A DNA stretch of 40,323 bases from Klebsormidium nitens (lineage: Eukaryota > Plantae > Klebsormidiophyceae), in contig DF237677.1 in the NCBI GenBank assembly GCA_000708835.1, forward strand, positions 1 through 40,323, read 5' to 3'. Position numbers and translations under genes: made by a program. Positions 29,301-40,323 of the stretch are shown one piece after another. How positions within the stretch are numbered: position 1 is the first letter of the stretch; every line of letters begins with the position of its first letter. The notes beneath the pieces were generated by a model, which had not been told where the DNA came from, ran no database searches, and was given only the letters and a program-made list of their open reading frames with translations.

Positions 29301-32300
29301 ACAATTTGAGGCTCTAGGGTTGTGTGTCAATCCTGAGCACATGCCTAGAACGCACGTATTTCCATCTTCAATCTTCGACATCTTGGCGAACAGGCACTTC
29401 AGAGCGCTAATCAGCACAGAGAACAGGCGCTCTGAAGTGGCTACTAAATTTAAACGCGTCAAATTCGAGGTCCTAAAAATTGGAATCACTCCTCACCTGA
29501 GCACACGCCCTGCCGCGCGCGCACTTCCGTCATCGACATTTTAGCAAATAGGCCGTTCATGCCCCCAATGGGGCACAGGTACCGGCACCAGAGCCGGCGC
29601 TCAAAGATGGCAGAACAGATGACGGCGCCTGACGTGATGAGGATGAGGAGGCCGCCAGAGAGTGCGGCATGGGTGCTGAGGTGCCATACATCCTCCCAAA
29701 GTAGGATCCCGGCGAACATGGCAAACAAGAACCAGGGACCCCATGCTTCAGCTGCAAGGAGAACATGGTTGATCTCTTGTCGCCTTGAAGGGATAAGGCC
29801 TTGAACACCCAATAAGAGACCAAAATATGAGCAAAGCGAGCAGAGAAGTGGAAATAGGGGTACCAGCAAGCTGACAAAGAAGCGTGGGTGCAGAGGTTGG
29901 CCCTCGTAGAAGTCCTTCTTTGGAGGATTGAGAATCAAAGGGAAAGAGGTTGCAGAACGTGCGGCTGGTTGCGTTGGTCCTAACACCTGAGCGTCGAAAG
30001 AAGCAAGGTCTTCGCAAATGTGGACACGTTCCTAAGTTCTGCAAGCAATACCGGATTAAAAATAGGAACTGAGCCCACTGCACCTGTCTCCCGAGGCCAC
30101 TTCAAGAGCTGGGCGCCCCTACTGAGCCGCCACCTCTGTACCAATTCTCCATAAATCATGAAGGGACATACTGCAGTAGCAGAGATGGGTAGGTCAGATT
30201 GTAGAAACCGGTGGTCATGGTAAGCTTGCATATATATTACTCGAAAGCTGACAAGACGGAGATTTGAAGGCCTTCAAAGCGGATGTAAACCAACGAGTCC
30301 ACACTGTGCTCCTAGAAACGTCCTGCGGGGTTACAAGTTGTCCGGAGAGTACGTCGGCTCCTTGGGAGACGCGAGAAGAGAAATCCGTGTTTTGGACTTG
30401 TAATGTGACGTTATTGCAGAAGCATCTGCGCAAAGTCTTTTGAGCACACTCTTTTGGATGTCATTGGAGTTAACGAGTGTGTCAGAACAAGAGGCTGTCC
30501 ACTCTGCTGAATCAAAAATCGAGACGTTTAGGTGCCAGGCGAGTTATAAATCCTGGTACAATGTTTGGACTCAGAAGACAAGCCCTAAACTGGAAGGCTC
30601 ATAAAAGCACAGGCCACGATTGGGCTAAATACCGTCAAGACGATGTTCCGCCCGATAAGGGCCCAAAACCAGAAAGCCGCAGATAGGAAGGAAACAAGAG
30701 GGGTTGATGAGCGGATTGTACTAGCGCACCAGATGTGGCTCAGGAAGGGTTGGCCTAGACAGGTGGGCCCAGAAGAGCGTCGATCAACATCATAAGAGTC
30801 GTTCAATAGAGATGAACAATCAATCCGCAACAAGAGGGAAAATGACAAAAGCTACCGTGCACCAGAGGCGGCCTGCGAACGGGTAGAACAGGAAGACCAA
30901 AGTGGTCAGAGTAGAGCTACGATGATGTCGAGGCAAAGAAATAGATACAAAATTGGAGAAGGAGCCTTACTAGCACACCATACGCGGCCCAGGAACGGGT
31001 ACATGAGGAAGATGACCGGCCACCAGTAGGCCCAGAACACAGTCAGAACGACATTGTGCTCCCGGTCCTGGGGCCCGAATAAGAGGAGGCACACCCCTAT
31101 GGCAAAGGCGTAGGCGGTGAAGCGGAAGTTAATCTCCTTGGGCCAAATGTCGCTCCGGAGAAAGGTGCGCAGGGGGGGGTACGCCTTGAGGAGGTCGAGC
31201 CGGAAGGGGTCATGCCCTTGCTGCGAAAGATGCGGCCAGGCTTAAAGTGCCACTTGCAAGCGCAAAGCAAAAACGAAGCTCTTTGGCTTTCACAACTGAC
31301 GAGTAACCGGACAGGAAGTATGTTCAATGTGCCGGGTACCAAACTAAGTCAATTGAAAGGTTGTAGACACTGATGGACGTACCTAGGCCTATAGGCCCAT
31401 GCAAAGCTCGACGAACTTTTCATGCACATAAGACTCATTCCCCCATCAAAACCACAGTTCCAAAACTAATTCCAAACCTTGGACCTATGAAAGGCCAAAA
31501 GCAACCAGCGTTGAAGACTCTTTGCACTTGCTCAACGCAAAACCCAAGCCTCTAAAAATGAACCCATACCTTGGTCGTGTCCCACAGGACGTCCGCAGTC
31601 AGCTGCGTCTCGTCGTCCTGCACGTTGCCTGCCGCCCTCTCAAGGACTGCCTGGAGCTCCTTGATGTTGCCCGGGAAGGGGCTCGTTTCTAAAGTGCGCA
31701 GTGCATCGGAGGTGGGCACGATGGGCTGTGAGCGGTGCTCGAGGCAGTACTGCTTCAAAAAGTAAGCGGTTAGGTCGGGGATGTCGGAAGGGCGCACTCG
31801 GAGTGGGGGCACCTGAAAGGACGAAATACGGGATCTAAAAGTTGAAGTGGGAATAGAAAAGTAGAAGCAGAAAGGAATAAAAGTGAGTAATAAAGTATTG
31901 GTAACAGACAGACTGAGAAAGTACTTGCAACACGCACTTGGACAATGAACAACCCCGATTCTACCTTCACCAATGCAACTGGGCGATCGAGGCACCAGAA
32001 GTTGGCGCTTAGGTTGGCAATGTTGGAAAGGTGCACCTGGAGCGGGTGACAGAACAACGCAAACGATGTCTTATTCGTCTTGCTATCTGTTACTTGAATT
32101 GACTGAATGGAATCAAATGTAACTTTGTGTTCCATACTGCACTCTGTCAACCGAGCAACCTTCAGAGGAGCGGTTAGGGGGAGAATGTTAAAAGGGCACA
32201 CATGGAGGGGAACCAGAAGTGGAATGAAACCCTTGCTCATCCAAAACTCGGTACTCCAATGAGAGTGTCTGTTTCTAAGCATATTCGATATACCTTGCAT

Positions 32301-35300
32301 AAAATTATACAGCAAAAACTGTCCCTACAAGATCGCATTGATTGGCAAATCCAAGAAGCAAGCAGTCACATTTGGAGATTGTTGAACGAGGAAAGAGGGG
32401 ATGAAGCGTGGCGCTCGATCTTCTGCATCTTACAAATGTGCTTGTAAAAGTTGAGGAAGATCATGAGAGGCCAGTCCTCAAAGTGTTACTCATTCTCTTT
32501 ATTAGACTTTGTATTCAATAAAGAACTGATCAACTCCGCAAAACCTGAGCGGCCGGGGCTGCTAGGTGGGGTCAATCAATCAAACCCTTGAGAGTCAGTC
32601 ACTAGTAGGAGATGGTGCGCAGGCGAAGGTGAACCCCATTGAGCTAGTTACGCAAAGCGGAAACAAAGCCTAGGATTGCACTCCAATTAGTTGGCGTCTG
32701 TGTTCCCGTGAGCTCTCCACGACCTACTTTCAAAGCATCTCGAGAATATCAGCCGATGCCTTTATGTTCCCTACTTCGCTCCTCTTACCTTTCTTTCCAT
32801 GATGAATCTAAGACAGTAATTTGAATGTGATCGCTTTCCAACCGGCCAGAGATGAAGAATGACGCACCTTGATGATTGTCACGAGTTGGTCGAGAGCTGG
32901 CACCCTTCCCTCTGCCGTCAGGATGATGCGCGCGCTGCTGTGTTGCACAGGCTCTGCATTTAGTCCGTCTGCAAGACGAGAAGCGCTACCAGCTATGGAA
33001 GGATACTTTCTGGACTGCAACAATGGATAGCAACCTTGCTTAAACGAAACTCTGGTGCTCAAAATCTCAAGCGTTTGCGACTAGATTGCTTCGGCATCTG
33101 ATTGGATTAAAAAAAGCTTCATTTGGAGGAAATTGTTTTGACACCTTATGCTCTTTGAAGCTCAAACTTGAAATCCTCTCATTTGATGCTGCGAGAGTGC
33201 ACCACGAAAGGCCAAAAGATGAAGAGGAAATTCTCAAATCCTTTCACAAACACATCCACTAGCCGTAGTATGCAAAGCAAAGTGTTAGAAATGCCACACA
33301 CTGTAAATGCTACAATCTCTTCTGCACGTCCGTCCGCAAACAACACATTACCCTACCAACCGCAGGAACGTGTTGCACCTCAAGAGCAGTACCGTCCTGG
33401 AAACGAACCAGTTGAAGGCGGTAGTGTAGGTATGCTTACCTTCTGGCTGGGCCCAATCCTCAAGACGGGTATTGGCTGCGGGAAGATAGTTTCCTGAACG
33501 CACTAGTTCAACTAGGTTCTTCAAAAAATCAGGATGTGCCTGCAAGAAAGGCATTTTTCAGAAATCATTCGGATGGGAGCATCAAAACCTTGTCCGATTA
33601 ATCGGCAGAGGCGGCAGGGAAGAACGGAGACTGAGCAAGACCGACCTCTCCCAACGGACTTCACAATGTTTGCATCTCTTGAAGGAGACAAGCTGTAAAG
33701 GATGGTAGTGCACGACTTTGAAGAAAATGGAGGCATTCGCAGAGTCAAAAGAAGACGCCAATCTTAGTAGACAACGGCGAAACGAGGTACGAAAAGAGGA
33801 ACAAGTGGTGGCATTTGGGCTCAATGAGCAAACAAACACATACACTCACAAGCAGTTTGATTTCAGGCTTTCCCTCGAATTGAGGAGCCTAAGAGCAATT
33901 GCCATGGCATGGTGATATGACCTCCTAGTGAAACCATGTGCTTACCAGCACTGAAAGGACAAGGTCAGAACCGTTTGTCCTCCTGCTCGGTACCACTTAG
34001 AAACCCTTAACCCCTGAAACTCTATAACCCCTGAAACCCTAGAAAGCGAAAACCCCAAACATTGTGACAGCTGGCTACATCTCCGGTTGATATGCTACCT
34101 CATGTCTGACATTTGCTTTAACAAATCAAATCCTATAACAAAGAAGTACGTTACACAAATAAGCAACCAGCACATCGCACATGGTGAACATTTTCCAGCA
34201 GCAGCGTCCCATCCCCTAGCCAGTACAAAACCCCCCGCTTGTTGGTGCGGCCAAAGAGCTCCACTGCACTTCTGCCCAGGCAGCTGCAGTCCAGGCGCAC
34301 AAAGTCCTTGGAGCTGTCTGGGGAGCCGGAAAAGATCAACGCCGCAAAGTCATCCTTTTCAAGGCCGGGCTCTCCAAATAAAAGCACCGGGCCCCTGTAA
34401 AGAAACGCGTGAGGATTTCAAGAACCAATTGGCCACACTCTCTCAACGAACTCAGAAGAAGCACGTCTCGACCAACCTGCTGGCTGAACAAAGGGCGGCG
34501 TCCTAAACGCAGTAGGTGCATTTACGAGCACAATGCAGTCCCGAACATCTTGTTAGCTGGGTTTCCAGATTCCCGAGTAGTTAAATTCTATTTTGTGTTG
34601 GCCCAAATGCTACCGCGAAAACTCACAAAAACTACTTGGGAAGGCCAGTACAGAAGCTATATTCTGGCATCGTATGCTGTTGTTCTGTGCTTTGCAATAC
34701 ATGTTGAATAATAAAATGATATGCTGAGTCAAGACCCATTGACCCTCTAAGTGCTCAATTGTTCAAGGGACACATGCATCCTTCCTAGAAGCAGGCCCAC
34801 TTCTGAAGCAAAGCCTAGAAAAAAGCCACCCTTAAGTAGAGCAACGCACAACAACGTCAGAACCCAGACAATGTTGCCCACACAAATGACTAAACCCTGA
34901 ACAACGAAATTACCATTTCCGCCGTCCAGAGATGGCCAGAGTTAGAAAGCGCCATTTAGCACTGAATCCAAGTACCAGAGTGGAACCTGCATTAGATGCG
35001 ACGTGCAACAATCTGGTGCAGATTCGACAACTCACCGGCTCATGTCCCTTGCTGCCTGTGCAATCTCTTTACGAAGGCGCACTGCGTATCGGGACTTGCC
35101 AATCACTCCCCTTCGAGGAAGATTACCCAAGTGCGGCCGCAAAGCATGCTGCTTGGCGGCCTCGTCCTGCAGAAAACATATTTTCTGCGACAAGTTGTTT
35201 ACAGATTGCATTTGCCGGGTAGATTTTAATCCTTTCAATGACGCATGGGCTAGCCGCATGACGCCCCTGCAGGGATATAGCATGCTGCCTGGGTGTAAAA

Positions 35301-36598
35301 GCATTTCCACTGCAGTATCTTTTCTTTCCTTCTAAAAGATAGCAAACAGACCTTACTCATGCGAACCTAAGACTGGAAGGTAAGGTGGGGCAGAACAGAA
35401 AAGGAAAGGAAAAAGGAAGAACGCATTAGGCGTTCAGACCTTACGATGGGAAAGGAGCTCAGTCTCCAGAACAAATAAAATAGGTCTCGTCCAATCTCTT
35501 TGAACTAGGCATATCTTTGCAGTGCAATTTTGCATCCCTGATGGTGCAACTTCAGAATTAAAACACATACACGGGATCCCCGCGATTAAACACTTAGAAG
35601 AGGTGAAGAAGGTTTGCCAGATTGTCTTTCAAAGATGCCAAGCCTTGGGCACAAGAAGCCAGCACAGCAGGGTTCTTGCTGGCACATAAAGTTAAACAAA
35701 TAAGAGAGGAAAGAGATTATGCTGCTGTACGCGATCCTATACCTTTCCTTGGCATCCTAATACAATTCCCACATGTCAACATTCTTGCAGCTTGTTGCGA
35801 TTGAACCTAGTGTCTACAGGTCCTCAAACTGAGATGTCTTGGTAGCTAAGAAAAAATGAATAATCAGAACTTTGTCAATTCTGCAGGTCCTGCAACCAAA
35901 TATCTGGGCAAATCCTGTCAAAAAGAGTGTCAGCTAACACTCCAAGCACTCAAAACCACAGTATATTTGACTTCTCTTGTCCATCTCAGAGTGTTCACCA
36001 CAAATTCGTTACACTTGGGATTTTTGCAACCACCATAGAGAACATTGAACATTCTGCAGTCAATTGAACCGAATGTGCTCTCGTTCTTGCCTTTCTAAAC
36101 TGATTGATTTGCATGCAGAAAAACCAAGTGGCTATGGGTCTGCCATCGGGTTGCCTGTCTAGGAACAAATTGCCAAGAAGAAGTACTGAAACCTGTTTCC
36201 AACACCCCTTTGTCCTACACCAAGAGAAAGACTGACCCCTATAGTTATAGGGTTCTGGTCATTCTCCATAACAACGAAAAGAACGATACCTGAGCAGCTC
36301 CCTGAGCATCTCCTTTCCGGTGTAGACATAGCACCGGAATCTTTTCACCCTTCTGGGCAAGCGGTAAACCCTTCTCTTTATAGCTCAGGAAGCCCCCATT
36401 GTGCAGCACTCTCTGCCTTCGCAAGAATCTCCCCTTCGATGCTAGGAGTAATGGTGTGCTGCAGAAGGCTCTCTGATTGGAGCTTGGGAGAAAGGATGTA
36501 TACAAGCCTTGGTCCCGCTTATCACATGAACGCAACAGGAGGAAGGAACGTGAATACGCATGACGCAGGCCCGTTTGGGTGGTCCCAGCGACAATCAT
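26377..36598 (-). CDS. Host gene: sigma54-interaction (AAA+-like) domain plus polytopic 4Fe-4S-binding domain, cyanobacterial type, probable plastid transit peptide. Exons 36598-36290, 35166-35036, 34394-34181, 33539-33440, 32968-32868, 31812-31570, 31220-30971, 30170-30084, 29751-29497, 28126-27869, 26891-26377 (820 aa)
   Basis: All junctions are GT-AG with consistent phases (2463 nt total). Motifs GVIGKSRYAVRLR, LFGEPGLEKD, VPPLRVRPSDI, FPGNIKEL, GRVWCAICPF, WCRYLCPIGG, CTLCMDCLKACP, LAYGYLPL. Exon 1 is less certain. Confidence 0.88.
27598..33700 (-). repeat. Degenerate intronic copies of neighbouring exon segments of the host gene
   Basis: 27601-27663 aligns ungapped to 27867-27929 (46/63 identical by hand count); 28851-28867 is identical to 29499-29515; 29213-29278 resembles 29541-29606; 30719-30750 resembles 30968-31000. 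Confidence 0.85.
33998..34060 (+). repeat. Short degenerate telomere-like (AAACCCT) tract in a host intron
   Basis: AGAAACCCTTAACCCCTGAAACTCTATAACCCCTGAAACCCTAGAAA. Confidence 0.45.
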
Positions 36599-37142
36599 TG
36601 CGTCACATCAGCTTTTGACCGCCTCCCAAATCCAACAGCTTTTTCCAAAGGTCACTCTCAAAGATCAAGCACCGCTTCTCAGGCTGTCTAAAGGGAGGTC
36701 TGATCTGCTTTGATGCTCTACCAGTTTAGTTTTCAAAGGAGGTAACCAAAACATGTTATAACCTGCCCAAATAGTGCATGCACATTTTAAACTGCAGCAG
36801 ATGCCAATTACTCGAGCTTTGAGGGAGGTAGAGCACTGGCCAGGCTTCAGTGGAGCTCAAAGGCGTTCGGCAAACCAGTATCGCTGACCGGCTCTGACGG
36901 GGCTCTAGCCGAAACGCACCTGCTTTTCCGAAGTCTTGGTTTTTGTTGGAGTTCGTCGACAGATTCTGCCCGATTCGTCAGACTTTCTCAGGGTCAGATA
37001 TGCGAGGTCTGCTGAGCTCGAATGAGGCGCACTATGTCCTCGTTGGCATACCTTATGAGTCTCATAAAAGTAACTTTGGTATTCCTATATTGGTCGAGAA
37101 GGAAACTTTTTTGTTGAAAATTTTCAAGAGATCCTATAGGCG

Positions 37143-37590
37143 ACCCATACATACATATTCGCTACTCTCCAGTGGGAAAGAAAGGAGTTCTACTGTGCCA
37201 ACTGTTATAACTATTTTGCACAAAAGTCTGTATATACATATCCTTTACTCTTTTGGAAAAGAAAATACATCTACTGGGACTACTAGTAAAACTTTCTTAC
37301 ACAAAAGTATGTATATACATATTCGTCACTCTTTTGAAAAGAACAATTCCCTACTGGGTCTATTGTTATGATTTTGTTACACTGGATACATGTGTGAGAA
37401 ATCTATAAGAGTAGAGGTAGGACCAACTTTTGGAACCGGCAGATGTTGGAGGAAAATGTTAGTATGTACCTATGTTCTCCCTTCTCGATAAAAGATGCAA
37501 GTTCCCTAATGTGTGAAAAAATTATAACAGTAGCAATAGTACAAACTTTCCGGCTGGCTACCAGGTGAAGGAGTCCTATGTATGTAGTCT
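37143..37590. repeat. AT-rich module: about 80-bp direct units plus inverted remnants, related to 9150-9430
   Basis: CATACATACATATT at 37146; ACAAAAGT(C/A)TGTATATACATAT...ACTCTTTTG.AAAG...CTACTGGG at about 37220 and 37300; TATGTATG on the other strand near 37576. Confidence 0.7.
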
Positions 37591-37633
37591 CACCCCTTTG
37601 AAACAAAAAGCAGAGACAGGGTCGTCCTCTAAC

Positions 37634-37797
37634 GCTCTCCCACTCCAAAGCAGCTCCTCCTCCTACCGCCTCTCTCACTTGAAAGCAGCTCCTCCTCCTA
37701 CCGCCTCTCCCACTCTAAAGCAGCTCCTACCAACCTTCCACTCCAAAGTAGCTCCTCAGCTCCTACCGCCCTCCCACTCCAAAGCAGCTCCTCCTCA
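37634..37797 (+). repeat. Minisatellite, units of about 27-33 bp (CACTCCAAAGCAGCTCCTCC...), about 5 copies
   Basis: Repeated (C)ACT.(C/T)AAAG(C/T)AGCTCCT. Confidence 0.85.
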
Positions 37798-38325
37798 ATC
37801 CCCTAAATACAAACGCTTTTACGAAAAGAGCATTGACTTGAAATGATTGGAAAACCTGGAGCTTTATATTCGTATGAATGGCACCGGTCGTCACGCACCA
37901 AATTCACCAGAAGTTTGTTCGACTAGGGTACCTGGCGCGTGTCCAAATAGCAGTCAGGGAAGTTCTCGGTCATTTAGAGCATTTGGACACCTTTTCCAGA
38001 TGTGAAAGAAGCGTGAAGTGGCTATTAGCGCCTACAAGCAGGATCCATACTAGAGAAGGACGGCGTCTGCCCTTCCTCTAGAATTCTGCAAGTAGAGGTA
38101 GTTTGCCAATCCAGGCAAGCAGATGGCAGCCAGCTCCCGGACAAGTTATCTTAGGGGGGCCCCTTTTAACTTTAGCCTCAGACTACGTGCTAGAGGGGCT
38201 GAGTAGGCCTTCCCGTCCCACCGCACCTAGAATAACGAGAACAGGAGCAGCAATAGGGCAGGCCCACCAGAATTTGGAAGGGCCTTAGAGCAGCAATTCC
38301 GCCAGTTGGTAGATGCACCGCCATC

Positions 38326-39097
38326 NNNNNNNNNNNNNNNNNNNNNNNNNNNNNNNNNNNNNNNNNNNNNNNNNNNNNNNNNNNNNNNNNNNNNNNNNNN
38401 NNNNNNNNNNNNNNNNNNNNNNNNNNNNNNNNNNNNNNNNNNNNNNNNNNNNNNNNNNNNNNNNNNNNNNNNNNNNNNNNNNNNNNNNNNNNNNNNNNNN
38501 NNNNNNNNNNNNNNNNNNNNNNNNNNNNNNNNNNNNNNNNNNNNNNNNNNNNNNNNNNNNNNNNNNNNNNNNNNNNNNNNNNNNNNNNNNNNNNNNNNNN
38601 NNNNNNNNNNNNNNNNNNNNNNNNNNNNNNNNNNNNNNNNNNNNNNNNNNNNNNNNNNNNNNNNNNNNNNNNNNNNNNNNNNNNNNNNNNNNNNNNNNNN
38701 NNNNNNNNNNNNNNNNNNNNNNNNNNNNNNNNNNNNNNNNNNNNNNNNNNNNNNNNNNNNNNNNNNNNNNNNNNNNNNNNNNNNNNNNNNNNNNNNNNNN
38801 NNNNNNNNNNNNNNNNNNNNNNNNNNNNNNNNNNNNNNNNNNNNNNNNNNNNNNNNNNNNNNNNNNNNNNNNNNNNNNNNNNNNNNNNNNNNNNNNNNNN
38901 NNNNNNNNNNNNNNNNNNNNNNNNNNNNNNNNNNNNNNNNNNNNNNNNNNNNNNNNNNNNNNNNNNNNNNNNNNNNNNNNNNNNNNNNNNNNNNNNNNNN
39001 NNNNNNNNNNNNNNNNNNNNNNNNNNNNNNNNNNNNNNNNNNNNNNNNNNNNNNNNNNNNNNNNNNNNNNNNNNNNNNNNNNNNNNNNNNNNNNNNN
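38326..39097. other. Assembly gap (772 N)
   Basis: Run of N. Confidence 1.
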
Positions 39098-40090
39098 CAC
39101 TCATCGGACGGTGCCAGCCCCAGCCAGCGGAAAGTTCGGGACCCCGAAATGTACCTAGTTAAAGTGCGCTTTTTGACAACGGGATGGTCAATGTAGTGGC
39201 AGCCTACTTCCCAGCCTTCAGATCTCATCCAGTCCATTACGCCTCCAGTGGGCACTCAGGTGCAGCAGCAGGACTGTAACCGGCTAAGTATCAGTATAGA
39301 ATTTATATAGATGTTCCGGTGATTTTCTGAGGGCTTTTAGGGCCATTTTGGACTCAGAAACAGCTAAAAACCAAATATATTCCGCCCTCCGGTCGCATAC
39401 GCTATAGGATCGAAACCGCCGGGTTTCGAGATATTACTAGATTTCTAGGGTATACAACCTAGAAGTTTGTATAGACTTCCGCCACGTCATTCTACTAGGT
39501 AACGACACCTAGAAGTAGATCAAGACTGTACTAATCTAAGCTAGGCTAGAACCACTAGTATAAGTGGTGCATCAAACATACAATTGGATCTCTTTCCATT
39601 TGGAACATTTCAAGAACGCAGTCAGGATTCTGTTAGTTGGTATATTGACTTCAGACTTGATCTCAAGGATTTGCGGTACCGTGTGTCATTATCAGTCCCG
39701 TTTCATTGGTATCAGAGGGAGTTCCGATACTTAAGCGGTTACGCTACAAGGAAACATGGGTGATCAAGCAACTTCAATTCTGGCTGCGGAGATGGCGGTA
39801 CAAGTGCAACAAATGGCGGCGGCCATGCAAGCAGTACAACCGGAATTGGCAAGGACACAAGAGCGGCTTCTACATGGAGAAGGCCAACGCCAAGAGTTTC
39901 GAACAACGACGGGGGACGAATTTAACGGGGAGCGTGCAAAGTTTCCAACACCGAAAGGGTATGGCGGCTCCAAAGTGCCAGGTCACTGCACTTTTCCACT
40001 GCAGTGCAGTGGAAAATTTTCTCTTTGACTGCGAACAATATTTCAAGGCAGTTCCTATGGCGGATAAGAAGGCTGTTCCGACCTCTGTGC
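39098..40090 (+). mobile_element. gag: 5' part of a Ty3/gypsy LTR retrotransposon: LTR 3' portion ending TTTCA at 39705, primer-binding site 39707-39717, disrupted gag from 39756
   Basis: CA followed by TGGTATCAGAG (complementary to initiator tRNA-Met). Gag-like FPTPKGYGGSK, then AVENFLFDCEQYF in a shifted frame. Confidence 0.85.
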
Positions 40091-40323
40091 GGAAAGGACC
40101 CCTTGCAAGTAATCAATGACATCCTGACCTTTGTAGGAAGCCAGGATGAGCTGTTCCTGTGGCCATCTAGCATGGGCAGGCATCTTATCTCGCCAGCAAG
40201 GGACGCTCAGCTGATCAGACAAGCTCACTGCCTGGTCACCTTAGCAAAAGCAATCGCCTCCTGCCTTTCTGATGATGTCTGGATGTAACGGCACGACTGC
40301 GCACCGACTCCCGGCTGCGCGCC

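Noticed and set aside
36943-37846. ORFs of 142 and 93 aa
   Set aside because: They are translations of AT-rich repeats and the minisatellite.
38001-38010. TGTGAAAG as the 5' start of the LTR
   Set aside because: Only a 5-nt match to the LTR end, and the N gap prevents confirmation.
38190-39255. Long ORFs of 270-340 aa in the ORF track
   Set aside because: Artefacts of the N gap.

Overview
The window has three parts. (1) About 1-25.5 kb is a gene-dense, almost intron-free block that I read as an endogenous giant virus (Nucleocytoviricota). It carries RNR small subunit, type IIA topoisomerase, mRNA cap N7-methyltransferase, a DVNP-like nucleoprotein, a fibre-like protein and MYND/RING/F-box-like proteins. 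It also carries plant-like genes: an expansin, a CDPK-related kinase, an aquaporin and a CsbD-like protein. A few nonsense and frameshift lesions, mostly of C-to-T type, suggest early decay in a methylating host. (2) About 26.4-36.6 kb is an 11-exon eukaryotic host gene on the minus strand, encoding a cyanobacterial-type sigma54-interaction AAA+ / 4Fe-4S membrane protein, probably plastid-targeted. Its introns are full of decayed copies of its own exon ends. (3) About 36.8-40.3 kb holds repeats, an assembly gap and the start of a Ty3/gypsy LTR retrotransposon. The host looks like a streptophyte alga or plant (inference). The main discovery is the viral topoisomerase II gene. It is split by four GT-AG introns that restore the frame exactly at conserved motifs, and three of them contain ORFs: an antisense GNAT acetyltransferase, an antisense viral-type ORF next to a 217-bp hairpin repeat array, and a weaker small sense ORF. 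Two of these introns have near-duplicated 9-bp junctions. Nearby, a tandem PD-(D/E)xK endonuclease sits behind RNR and carries a duplicate of the RNR 3' end. All family assignments are from motif recognition by eye; no database searches were run.
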